From Octopus bimaculoides (Eukaryota): a stretch of 45,224 nucleotides of DNA. The stretch is from positions 3,440,267-3,485,490 of the forward strand of contig NC_068998.1 of NCBI RefSeq assembly GCF_001194135.2, in the 5' to 3' direction. The translations under genes were made by a program, and so were the position numbers. Of this stretch, positions 23,665 to 36,073 are shown one piece after another; within the stretch, counting starts at the first letter, position 1, and the number at the start of each line of letters is the position of its first letter. The notes under the pieces were generated by a model that saw only the letters and a program-made list of their open reading frames with translations, was not told the origin of the DNA and did not search any database.

Positions 23665-25139
23665 CACACACGCACGTATATTTGGATAGATTGCAATTAA
23701 CAAATATATGAAAAGGCTAAATTTAATAATCTAAACTTTTAAGTTGACTCAACAGAAATACTTTAAACCGTTTTTCTTCTTAATTCAATTTTGTTGTGTT
23801 TATCTCCTGATATTTTTAGAGAATTTATATTTGTTTCCGAATTTGTTTAAATGTTAGTTACGTCTTACTTTCAGTGCACACACACGTATATAAATATACG
23901 TCTATATGTGTGTGTGTGCATAAATACACACATGCAAGTGAAAAAGTACATAAGTGTGTGCATGTGTATGTTCACATTCTCTATGTTCACATGAAATCAC
24001 CAAGCAAAAAATGGTGACATTATAAAGTGTGTGTGAGTGTGTATATATTTGTAAATATGTTGTATATATGTGTATATTTTTAAATACATGGTTGTATAAA
24101 TGTTATGTGTATGTTTATTTTTGTGTATACATAAGCATATCTTTATGCATATATCTGCTTGCAAATATATATATATATGCACACAGATGTGCATATGTTG
24201 AAAGAAAATAGCTGATATAAATGCATATAATCTGTTTAATGGTGATATTTTACTGGATGAAAATGACAATATTTTGCCTGAATGCATGTTTTACGTACAA
24301 ATTTTGTCATGAGAAAGATTTTTATTGGTAATTGTCTAAAAATCCAAACTGGATACACATAAGTTTTGATTCAGTGCAACTAGATCCTCTGAACTGTAGT
24401 AACAAAGCCCATGGTTGGTTAAATATCTGGCATTGGTTCAATTCCAAACTGGAGCCATTTTACTTAGTTTTGTTAATGGGTTTAAAAAAAGACTTCAGAA
24501 ACACATAAATTTTACCTAAATTTGAAACCATTATTATTATTATTATTTGAATAAAATCTAGGTTCTTCTGAGGTCAATTCCACTACCCGTAACCCACCTT
24601 TTCAAATCTTCTAGGTTGCCACCACCTTAATAATAATTATAATCTTCTAACTTAAGTTTAGATTATGGATATCTAAACTTGTGATGTATGGAACTGGAGT
24701 GTTCTGAATTCAATAGCTGCAGGTGTCAACTTTGTTGCTATTGATCTAATATCAATAAAGTACCAGTAATACACTGCACTGTGTGTGTGTGGAAGGTGGA
24801 GTTGGTAGGATGTCAGATAACAAGTAAAGAGGTTGGTGGTTCATATCACTGTTGTTTTTTATGTATCCAGGACCAAAACACTGAACATTTAATGGTGAGT
24901 CGCCTTGGGTTAGGAGTTAATACGACTAACCATTATGCTGAATTTTGTTCTGGCTGTTAAAAAAGAAAGTTACCTCTGATTGACTAGCTTTTTATCCTCG
25001 AGAAGAATCCTCTCATCTGCTTAACACTACAGAAACTGGAGGTGAGCACAGCCTCATCAATGTGATTTGGAGAATCATTTGTAAACTCCAGTTGATTTAA
25101 TTGACCCTATTCTCTTCCACTACCAAACCTCTCATGTAT

Positions 25140-25470
25140 CTCATCATCATCATTATACGTCCGTCTTCGAGATGCTGGCATGCGTGAGATCATTTGACAG
25201 AGAACTGTATTGAGCTTCAAAGCCTGCTTTGGCTTGTCTTCTACAGCTGGATGCCCTTACTAACGCCAACCATTTTACAGTATGTTTGGTTGTTTTTTTT
25301 TTTTGTTTATAGCACCAACTCTAATGAGGTGACCAAGTAACTCACAAGACAAGACCCCTTCATAGTGGGAGTGCAATATTGAGGGTAGTGGCTTTATCCC
25401 TGGGGTAGAGAGGCCTAAAGTAAGAAAGAAGAAATAAAAACCACTCCACTCACATGAGTCAGAGGGGGGG
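25140..25470 (-). mobile_element. Family C, longer form
   Basis: Tail plus ACAAGACAAGACCC extension, shared with 37680-37935. Confidence 0.7.
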
Positions 25471-25744
25471 TGTCTAGAAGAAAATTGTTGTTTAAATTAG
25501 AATGTTAGTAATTTTTGTTTGCGTGTTTCAATGTAAATAGACAAATGAATGCATTAATTGCTATTTTTGCGGATAATTTGGTTGTGGTGAATCTTGTTTG
25601 CCTGAATGAATATATTTCATATAATTGTTTTAAATTTATGTATAATTGTTTTAGAATAAGAGATGGCTGCAAGTTACGAGAATATTTCTCTAAATTACTT
25701 TGAAGTAATTATAGGTTCCATAAGGATATAAGAATAGAATATAT

Positions 25745-25779
25745 ATGTGTTTGTGTATACGTGTGTGTGTTTATGTATG

Positions 25780-25847
<68 letters not shown>
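25745..25847. repeat. TG-rich then (TA)n microsatellite
   Basis: Direct reading. Confidence 0.9.
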
Positions 25848-25849
<2 letters not shown>

Positions 25850-26510
25850 CATTTAACATTCTGGCATGGGTAGAACAGTTTGATTGGGAACCAATGAGCT
25901 GCAGAGCGGCACTGAGTTCCAATACCAACTTTGGCTTGGTTTCTATGGCTGGATATGCTTCCTAATTCCAACCAATTTACAGAGTGTAGTAGGTACATTT
26001 TTTCATGCCACCAGCACCAGTGAGGTTGCCATGTAACTTGCAGTACAGAAAAGGACAGAAATTACGCACCATCATTGTTTTAACTGCCATTTTTCCATGC
26101 TAGGGTTACACAAAATTCATTTAGGACTATATTCCTTAGTCTTTTGAAAATAAACAGTACAATCACTGGACATGTTTTCATGGAAGATTGCAATTGGAGA
26201 TCACTTGGATGATGGTGAGATATGCACGAGTGCAGCTGTCCCTGCAACTGTATGTTTGTGTTAATGCTTTATTTCATCTTTGCATCAATTTTTTCCCATG
26301 CTAGCATGGTTAGAGGAATATATGTATTTGAAGCGTTGTTTTACAGCTGGATATCCCTCCTATTGCTTTTATCTGATTTTTCATGTAAGGAATTTCGTAT
26401 TCTATTGAGCTTTGAAGGTGCAATGCCAGGGAATGACTTGTTAGTGAGAGAAATGAAAACATCATCCCTGCTTCTGGTAGAGCAATTTTTGGAGTGGCAC
26501 CAACATAAAC
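25845..26510 (-). mobile_element. Cluster of family C copies
   Basis: Three CATG(C)T(A/G)GCATGG/GCTGGAT starts at about 25845, 26070 and 26290. Confidence 0.65.
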
Positions 26511-27654
26511 AAGCACACACACACACACACACATACTAATGCATACGATGTCTTAGCTACGCATAGAGAGGGAGAGTGATAGATAGACCCTCATTTTAAT
26601 TCTGCTACTGCCATTCTCACTCTCTATTTGTGGTTTGATCATCTCCTGCTGTGTTAGACAAATTATATAAATAAACACTGGAAAATGATTATCAATGATA
26701 TTATCTATTATTATTATTATTATCATCATCGTCATCATCATCATCATCATCATCATCATAATTTTACATCCATTTTCCATGCTGCTATGGTTTGGACAAA
26801 TCATCGTAGTCTTGCTTGTAACATTCCATTTTTTGGCATGATAGATCATGGCTTGTCTCAGTAAGCCTGGCTGTTGTTAATTAGATTGATCACCCTACGT
26901 AATTAATGGCAGGCGGCTTGTTGAAACCTTTGTGTCTGAAAATGAAGTGTTTTCTCCAAAAAAAAGGCACCAAGGAAAGGGTTAATTCCAGTTACTCAGG
27001 CCAGTCCCTGCAGTAATACAAAACCAAAATCTAATAATTGAATAAAGGGTACTTATAGCATGTATGTTATCCTCTTTCCAGTTCCATCTCACTAATAGAA
27101 ACGAAGAATTTGAGTTAAATTAAGATTTATTATTTGCATACATGTAGAAAAAACATTGCTGGTGTATATGAGTATTGATGTGTGTATGTTTTAGGCTGAA
27201 ATGGAAGAATGAGTATCCTGATGTTAGCAACAAAGTAATTTAAAATAAGTTTAAAAAAATTTTTACTAGAATTTCTAAAATTCTGGTTTTAATGAAAGCA
27301 TCAAAATTGTAATCTTGTTTCCATTGCAATCATAATTGTTGATTATTTTCTCAATATTGTTAATGATAGTTCTTATTGCTAAATAAACTTAAAGTACAAC
27401 AATTATTGTTGTTGTTGCTGTTATTATTATTATTACAAACAGCAGAATAGAAATCATAGTAATTATTATTAGAAACAGCAGAATAGGAATCAGCTTCATT
27501 TTTGAAGCGAATCTTTGTGTGTGTGTCTCTATAGATGTGTTAGTGCCTGTGAATAGATACAAATGTGTATAGGTATAGATACATGCAAGTAACAGTGAGA
27601 AGTTAAGCAAGATGTGTAAGGTGATTCTAATAAATAGTACTATAATGTTGTAAA

Positions 27655-27848
27655 AATCATGCCAAAACTAACCTCACTTGTGCTAGTGTCGTGTAAAAAG
27701 CTCTGAGGAGTGGTTGGTGTTAGGAAGGACATCCAGCTGTAAAAACCCTGCCAAAACAGACAGTAGCCCTTGGTAGATTTTCTACCTGGCTGGCTGTCGA
27801 CCATCCTACCCATGCATGCAAGGAAGATGGACGTTAAATGATGATGAT
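27655..27848 (+). mobile_element. Family C
   Basis: GTTGGTGTTAGGAAGGACATCCAGC..GGACGTTAAATGATGATGAT. Confidence 0.8.
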
Positions 27849-27980
27849 AGAAACAATTTCCTCTTTAAGAGCACGTGTGTTTGAAAAGGTTAAACAAAAG
27901 CACTCACACACTAGAAAAAAAAAACCTCTTTCCCAAAAAGGGTTAGTAACAGCCTCATAATAGATTTTATNNNNNNNNNN

Positions 27981-28042
<62 letters not shown>

Positions 28043-28069
28043 CACACATGCACAAACACAGTGAGCTTC

Positions 28070-28222
28070 TTTTAGTTTTCCTTTTCCAAATCTACTCGCA
28101 GGACTTCGGTCAGCCCCAGGCTATAGTAGAAGACATTTGCCCAAGATGCAATGCAGTGGAATTGAACTTAGAACCATGTGGTTGAAAAGCAACCTTCTTA
28201 CCACATAGCCACCCCCACACCT
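28070..28222 (-). mobile_element. SINE family A head
   Basis: Aligns to 47-200. Confidence 0.8.
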
Positions 28223-28823
28223 GTGTGTGTGTGTGTGTGTGCTTGTTTCAAGCCAATACTTGAGCAAGCTACTTTCCAATCTTCTTCTATTCCAGCCATA
28301 TTCGTTATCCTTGCTTCAACATAGTTTGATACTTCTTGGAATAATTGGAATAATTGTTATAATTTGTATTTTATAATTCTAAATATCTTATGTGTATTGA
28401 GGTGGGAGAGAGAGAGAGAGAGTGACTGATATTCAAGATTTAAGAGAGAGGAGGAGGAGGAGGGGGTATGTATCTGTGGCTTTGACTTGATAAATCTACC
28501 TTGAGGATATTCGTTTGTTTTCTATTCTTCTTCCAGCTCTGTTCATGTAGTACAGCATTTTCTTTGAGAAAATGCGTGCAATTACTCTGACAAAATATTA
28601 TTGTGAATGGTGACTGTTTTTCGTTTGTCTTTTTTCTTTTGCTTTTCGTTTGTCTTTTTTCTTTTGCTTTTCTTTTTAGCTTTTTGTTTTTGTATTTGCC
28701 TTTTGTATGCTATTTATTGTCATCATCATAATCTAATATCGTATTACACACGGTTGTTAAAAACTTTTCAATCACATTCAGAGAAGAATATATTTTATTA
28801 CATTATTTTATGAATGAAAATTA

Positions 28824-28839
28824 TATATGTATGTGTATA

Positions 28840-28907
<68 letters not shown>

Positions 28908-29075
28908 TGCCTATGTGTGTATATGTATATATATATATATATATATACATACACACACACACACATGCATATGTGTATGTATCTATATATATATATATAT
29001 ATATATATGCTCGCATATATATATATCTATACACACAGACGTGTACACATATATATATCCTTGTGTGTGTATGTG
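28824..29075. repeat. Compound (TG)n(TA)n(CA)n microsatellite field
   Basis: Direct reading. Confidence 0.95.
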
Positions 29076-29625
29076 TGGAATAGGTGGCAAGTGTTAAGAA
29101 AAAATTTCTCCTCACACTTATTATTATTAATATAATCATCATCATCATCTTTGAATCTTTGAAGCTGAGAAAATTTGTGAACTGCATGATGTAACTGCAT
29201 TGTATTATTTATAATTTTAATGTCTTCCTCCTATAGACAATTGTGTACTTAGTCTTTATTCATTTGTTCGTTCACTGAATGTCGGTTTTTCCATGCTAAC
29301 ATGGGTTGGACAGGGAGTTATTTGAGACAGGATTTTATGGCTGGTTGCTCTTCCTGTTGCTAAATTTTACTTTTTTATTTTTTTGCCATGTAAGAGAGTT
29401 TTAGATATTTCACAGGTCTTTGAAAGTGCAGAGCTACTGGTTATAATATCAACAAGGAATATCAACACCTTTTGTGCTCACATAGTGACAAGCAAAATAT
29501 GAATATAGGCACGGCAAAGTTTCGACAGAATTCTCTGATGTAGGCAGTAAGATGGTAACAGATAGACACATAGAAATTGACGTTTATGTATAAGATAGTT
29601 ATATATAGGTAAGTGTGTTTGTGTT

Positions 29626-29670
<45 letters not shown>

Positions 29671-30518
29671 ATAATCACTGTTGTCACCTAAATTATCATC
29701 GGGCCTCTTTCTCTCTGAAGAAGCCTCTAAGCCAGCATCTGAGCTGCTAGAAGAGGCAACCAAGTCTGCTTTGGAGGAGGAAGCCACTATTTCTCTTTTG
29801 TGATAGAGAGGAGATGACCAAGGAGGGCATGTTGTATATCATAGCTCTTCTCAATCAGGTCTGGCCTAGTGTTAAACAACAACCACCACCAACATGGTTG
29901 GTCATTATAAAACCAATCATTGACCAACCAGGACACAATGATGACTTTATAGTGAAGACAGGATCTGATATTGAATCGATCAATCAAGACATGTAATTTA
30001 TGCAACAAGATGGTGTGAAATCTGAAATGATTTGTGCAATGGTTAATTGTGTGCTTCTTGTAATTTATGACCTCTACTAACTAAATTAAAACTAAATTAG
30101 TGTAGTCTTAATGAGAAAGCTTGATTTCTTTTTTCTTTTGCTTTAATGAATCTGTGAAGAAAACAGATGCTTTTTGATTGCTTAAATTTCTAGCCTAGCT
30201 GAAGAAGTTAATTAAAAGACAGATGGAATTTGTAGTTCGGGAAATTTCTTATTTACTCTGAAATTATTATTATTATTATTATTGATGGCATAAGTACCAG
30301 TCGAGCATTGGGATTGATGTAACTATCTAGCCCCCTCACTCAAAATTTCAGGCCTTGTGGCTACAGTAGAGACAATTATTATTTTTATAATTATTACCAT
30401 CCTGTTTAATCTTTGTTGGCTCATTGCTGAATCAGGTAGTAATGAGCTGGATAAGATGCTTTATTTTAGTTCCTCGTTGTTATGAGTTTAAACCTCACCC
30501 ATAGTTCACAAAACATCT

Positions 30519-30870
30519 ACAGGCATGGCTGTGTAGTAAGAAGCTTTCTTCCCTACCACATGGTTCCGGGCTCAGTCCCACTGTGTGGCATCTTGGGCAA
30601 ATCTTTTCTACTGTATCCTCGGGCTGACTAAAGCCTTGGGAATGAATTTGGTACAAGTGCATTACATATGTGCACACACACAGACACATAAATGTGTCTG
30701 TGTCCCCCACCACCACATGACAAGTGGTGTTGGTGTGTTTATGTCCCCGTAACTTAGTGGTTCAGTAAAAGAGACTGATAGAATAAGTACTGGGGTTAAT
30801 TTGTTCAACTAAAATTCCTCAAAGTGGTGCCCCAGTATGGCCATAGTCTAATGAGTGGAAACAAGAGATA
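30519..30870 (+). mobile_element. SINE family A, near full length
   Basis: Head, internal TG/CA tract and GTCCCCGTAACTTAG..CAGTATGGCC tail are all present. Confidence 0.85.
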
Positions 30871-31049
30871 CTAAACCTGTCAGTGTTCAACAAATTTCTA
30901 CCCTTTTCTTTTTTTTTTTATTAAGGGCCATTTGGACCCTTTCTCCCTTCCCAAACCAAACCTTGCTCTTCAGGTAAGATAATGAACAGGAAGTGCTTAC
31001 ATCTATAATTTGTGCGGTTTTTAAAATATTTTTATGAATGATTATAAAA

Positions 31050-31050
<1 letters not shown>

Positions 31051-31082
<32 letters not shown>

Positions 31083-31122
31083 TGCGCATGCGTGCGCATG
31101 CGCGTTAGTTCGTGCGTGTGTG
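31051..31122. repeat. (TG)n run continuing into a CG-rich alternating purine-pyrimidine tract
   Basis: Direct reading. Confidence 0.9.
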
Positions 31123-31489
31123 TTCTGAAGTATCTGAAAGTAAATGTTAATAACAGATGATGTATTTTGTGTGACATTGATCAGTAATTTGTTTAATGAA
31201 AGAGGTTCGTTAACACAAGCTGTTATACTATTTGTGACACTTTGTATTTGAAGCTGAAAGGTAATTCAACGTGAAAGTGAGGTCGAATGTTGCCAAGGTT
31301 TGAATGAAATATTAAAAGTACTCGTATCTCTGTTTATAAACTGCCAGGGCATCAAAACCCGTAAACAAAGGATGTTTAGAACAGTGAAGAGGAATTGTGA
31401 TGAATAAATGGTTATTGATGATATTTAGTTCATAATTGATATTGTTTGGCAATATTTGCCATATTGGCAGCAGTTGCAGGGTGGTGGTG

Positions 31490-31660
31490 GTGGTGGGGAA
31501 TACTTTTGGCAGCATTTCTTCTGGATATTTTACATTCCGAGTTCAAATTTGACTTTGGTCAATTTGCCTTTTATCAGGATCAGTAAAATAAGCATTAGTT
31601 GAGCGCTAGGGGTCAATGTAATGAAGCTTTTTTCCCTTGAAATTAATGGCCTTATGCCAG
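31490..31660 (+). mobile_element. SINE family B, degenerate
   Basis: TTTACATTCCGAGTTCAAAT..GGCCTTATGCC. Confidence 0.6.
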
Positions 31661-32518
31661 GTAGATTTAATCTCTTGTATTTCATACCTAAGGTTGCAGA
31701 TTTGCAGCATTGTTAGTGCCAGTTAAAATGCCCTTTTGCCATATTTGTCTCAAACATCTGTGCTCTTGGTTCAAATCCTTTTTAAGGGTTGATAACAGAA
31801 AGTATCAATCTGGGGCCAAGGATTGGCAGAACTGTTAGAGGGTTGATTTAGATACCTTGTGGTGTTTGTTCATTATCTTTGCATACAGTGACACTGGTGC
31901 CAGGCTTTTTATTATTATTCCAATTTGCCAACCTTTCCCTGGATTAAACTGTAGTAGTGTAGGGGAGAGACTTGCATCCATAGGTAACTGCTTGTCTTCC
32001 TCAAAAGAAAAGAAAAAATCTTACCCAAACTTACATTTGTGGAGGCAGTTTGTGATTATAATCAATATAAAGTAGGCCATTAATGTATAGAAGGACAAGT
32101 GATGGAAAAGTAGTCATTGAAATAATGAGGAAGATTATGATCTTGGAATTAGATTATATGTATATTCATGGCAACACATGGTGGTGCCAAAAGCAAATTA
32201 TTAGAAGTAATAAAAAATACACCTCTTCCCAATGGGTTGGTGTTTAGAAGTTCTAAACTTTATACAATGGTTAATTATAAAGGTGAGATATGTCCATGGA
32301 TAATTGATGTAAAGTGATTCCTTTACAAGAATTTGAAATAGATTTTGGTTGATGAGAATCAAGAGTGAAACTCCAGGAGATTTTAATGTCAGCTGGAATG
32401 ACATATCATTTCATTCTGTCCAGTTTACCTCCATTGCTTTCCATTCCCTCATTATTTTTCATGTACAACCATGTATCAAGCATCATACTGGGGATTCTTC
32501 ATTTCTTTATCTCCTCAT

Positions 32519-32553
<35 letters not shown>

Positions 32554-32712
32554 ATTTGTCGTTTATTTATTTCAATATTTCATTCTAATTGTCATCAGTG
32601 CCATTCTGATGCAACATTTTATTCCTTTGGTGTTCTGGGATTGGATTCTGTATCCAGTTTACCATTTTAATTACTGCACACTCCTCTTCAATCCTGCTCT
32701 AGCACTTTCCAG

Positions 32713-32715
<3 letters not shown>

Positions 32716-32761
<46 letters not shown>
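32716..32761. repeat. (CT)n microsatellite
   Basis: Direct reading. Confidence 0.95.
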
Positions 32762-32768
<7 letters not shown>

Positions 32769-33194
32769 TTTCTTTATTTGTGCTTTGCAGTTCATTGCTT
32801 TATTTAAAGAGCTCTGCTCTTGTCAGAAATCAACTTTAAAAAAAATCTAGTGTTACTTGCTTTGTATATTTTTTGTTGGTTTTGTTGTTTTTTTTTTTCC
32901 TAAACATATATTATGGATACAGAAGATATTTAATAAATCCATATTCAAAATCTGTTGTATATATATGTGTGTGTGTGTGTATTTATATGTATTATTTTAT
33001 GTGGCTGTATTATTTATATTCTGCTAGCACAGAAAATGTTAAATGATCATACAATATAATACACCCACATTTTATTTCTTTTCATTTCATCATCATCATC
33101 ATTTAACATTCATGTTTTAGGCTGGCATAAGTTGGATACACACACACACACACACAGACATGCATTGTGCTTCCAGAATCTCATTTTGGTGAGG

Positions 33195-33770
33195 TAGTTG
33201 GGTCTTCTCGAGAACTGCATATCACCAGGCATTCCAGCCTTCACCATTTCATTCCACGTCTTCCTGGGTTGCCTTCTTCTGCAATTAAGTGATTGACACT
33301 CTTAAATTACACATTCAATGGAACTGGCAAACTCCATTTCTTTCCCAGTCTTCTCAAGTCCTATATATTTAAGGCCCATGTCTCACCACCATACAGTCTG
33401 CCCTTCATTCTGAGTGTAAAGAGCTTTATTGCTAGCAGCAGGGGTAGCTTCTTAAGCATTCTGCATCCCATTCTTACCCTTGCTACTATACTCTTGGAGC
33501 AATCACCTACCCTATTAATTTCATTTGCTAGGTAACTAGAGCTGCCATCTACTTCTAATGAGCCATCTGTTTCCAGTGTGCTTGCAGTACACACTACTCC
33601 AGTTCATCTGTCACATTCAAAGCTTACATTCTCTATTCATCTTCCAGTGATCCATTATATCTCTTGTGTCCATAGCTTACATTGGGTACAGGTTATAAAA
33701 TTTATACTTTCTTCTTTCCTGTGTATTGAGCAAGGCCATTTCTCTGAAGATTCTAGGGTAACAATAGAAG
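33195..33770 (-). mobile_element. RTE-clade non-LTR retrotransposon 3' remnant
   Basis: Ordered motifs across frameshifts and stops: KWPCSIHRK..CTQCKLW (Cys finger), EVDGSSSYL, IVARVRMG..LPLLL, KGRLY, GETWALN, DLRRL, RQPRKTWNEMV, then an AVLEKTR-like end. Confidence 0.85.
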
Positions 33771-33899
33771 AGAGAGAGAGAGAGCGGGGAGACAGCACAC
33801 TGTGGTTTACAGATTGGGGCGTATCCATTAGTAATTGAATGCTAATCAATTGAGTTACCTGGAGAAAGATCAGAATATTACCTTTCTTGGAAATCTCTG

Positions 33900-34150
33900 T
33901 TTGTGAGTGTGTGTGTCTGTGTGTCTACCCTTGTGTAGATATCGTATGACGGTTGTAAACAAGAGTCGCTGTAATACAAGTGGTGCTGTTTGTTTCCAGT
34001 CTTCTATGGAAAAGCACATGCCTGGGGCCATAAGGAAATACTTAACCTGGAAATGGGTGAGAGTTGGTGACAGGAAGGGCATCCAGCCATAGAAATTCTT
34101 CTCCAACAAATTCCACTTGACCCATACAAGTAGACATTAAATGGTGATGA
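33900..34150 (+). mobile_element. Family C variant
   Basis: GTTGGTGACAGGAAGGGCATCCAGCC..GACATTAAATGGTGATGAT. Related copies at 20050-20245 and 1020-1120. Confidence 0.7.
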
Positions 34151-35074
34151 TTATATATAAACTTGACCTATATAAAGTTTCTGATTTAATTCAAATAACA
34201 TCCAATGTTGTTTTGGTTTTATTAAAAGCAGCAGGAATAGTTTTTTTTTTCCTGTTCTGTATTTAAATGGATTACTGTAAAATTCTGTATTTCCTATTAA
34301 AATTCTTCATATACCAACCTTTACTCAATTATTTTTTTGTTCTCTTTTATTCAATCTATTATTATTATTATTATTATTATTTCTTGGCAAAGAAGTCTAC
34401 AAATTTTTCTTTTTATCTTTCAGTTCCTTTTTTTTCTTTTTAAATTTTTGTCTTATCTTTTTCATATCTTTTATTTGTTCTTTGAAACCTGTTAAAAAAA
34501 TATTCTTCAATTCTTTCCATGTATTCCAATTCAGGTTTCTTTATCAGTATTTGCTAAATGGTCAAACATTTTCAATGGAACAATTTTTTTCTAGTTTTTC
34601 TTTTTATGCAGTCTTTGATTCTTGTTCCCTTTTCACTGTTCTGATAGTGTTTCATCTGTTAGTCTTCGTTTACAGTCTTTGAGGTTACTCACCTCATACA
34701 CTGAAGTTCCTCATCATCACTATGTTTGTCTCTGCCCTGCTCTACTATGGACCCTCCCTTCTAAAATGTGAATAGCCATGTGGCCCTCCCCCTTTACACA
34801 CACATACAGCAAGAATCCTGTTCTGCACTAGCCCCTTCCCTCATACTCTAATCCCACATCTCCTGGCATAAAGTTGCCCTTTTCCTTGGGGTTAATGTCT
34901 TGCAAACTGCATGGAAACCTAATTAGTTTTGGTGACATGAGAAAAGCAACCAACAAATGCTGTAAAGTTGTTGGCATTACAAAGAGCTACTAGTCTTGGA
35001 AACTCTACCAAAATGTACATTGAAGTTGTTCTCTCTTTCTATAAATGACTTAATCTTTAAATAACATCATTATC

Positions 35075-35480
35075 CTCTTCATCATTTAAATTCCATCTTC
35101 CCTGCTGGCACAAGTGGGACGGTTTGACAAATATCCAGTAGGACTGCATTGTATTCCAGTGTCATCTTCAGCATGATAGCCATGGCTGGATGCCCTTCTC
35201 AACATCAACTTGACATGATATACTGGGTGCTTTTTCCATGTGACTGGCACTTGTGCAGTGACCATGCAGCTCACAAACCTACAAAATCCGTGGAGAGGGT
35301 GGGAGTGCACCCTTATTTCAGGGGGGTGTTAAGGTAGGATAGAAGGGGGTTGTAGTAGAGCAGATTTTTGTTGTAGAGGAGTCACATGGCTACTCACATT
35401 TAGGGGAGAGAGCGAAAAAAAATGAACCAGTGCTATCTTCCAAGAGACATAGTGGTGATGAGGTGTCCAGGTGGCACCTC
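35075..35480 (-). mobile_element. Family C, longer form
   Basis: TTTAAATTCCATCTTCC..GCTGGATGCCCTT plus a GC-richer extension. Confidence 0.65.
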
Positions 35481-36073
35481 AAGGTACGAGGTGAGTCGTA
35501 GTGGGGACAGAAAGGGTGGGAGTTTGCAGGAGTGCATGGTGGAGGAAATGTATTGGAGTAAACAATCTCTGTCTTTTAAGATTCCTTTTATTCTTAGAAA
35601 AAAATTGCTTGATGGAAAAAGAAATAGTTTATTCCGTATCCTTTTGTGTGTGTGTACAGTGGGGGTGGGGAGGTGGATATGTAAACTAGATCTTGTAATC
35701 AAAATAAATTATCAACGGTGTACAACTTGAGAAATTTAAATTTTTAAATAGAATTTAAATGCTTGATTCACAATTTCTTGTCCTTTTTATTTTCTTTTTC
35801 TTTTTATTTTCTTTTTCTTTTCTAGTATCAAATTTTTATATTTAGTTATTCTTAAATTAATGAATTTTGAGGAATTTGCAAAGTCATGTTTAACTTTATT
35901 TTTTCTTGTTTTTTTAACTTTATTCCATTGCAGAATTTTCCTGATGACTAAATAAAATTAAACTTATCTTTATTTTGGATTACAAGATATTTCCTACATA
36001 TAAAAGGAACCAGGGAAAAGAAAACTGGAATATTTTCTAATACAAATGGTAATGTGTCTTTCTATCGTACAAA

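Noticed and set aside
24988-25041. 54-nt exon-like segment with a GAG|GTGAGC donor
   Set aside because: Poor acceptor, and CTACAGAAACTGGAG resembles a SINE motif I recall.
28798-29187. [12 protein letters not shown] ORFs here and throughout the window
   Set aside because: Translations of dinucleotide microsatellites.
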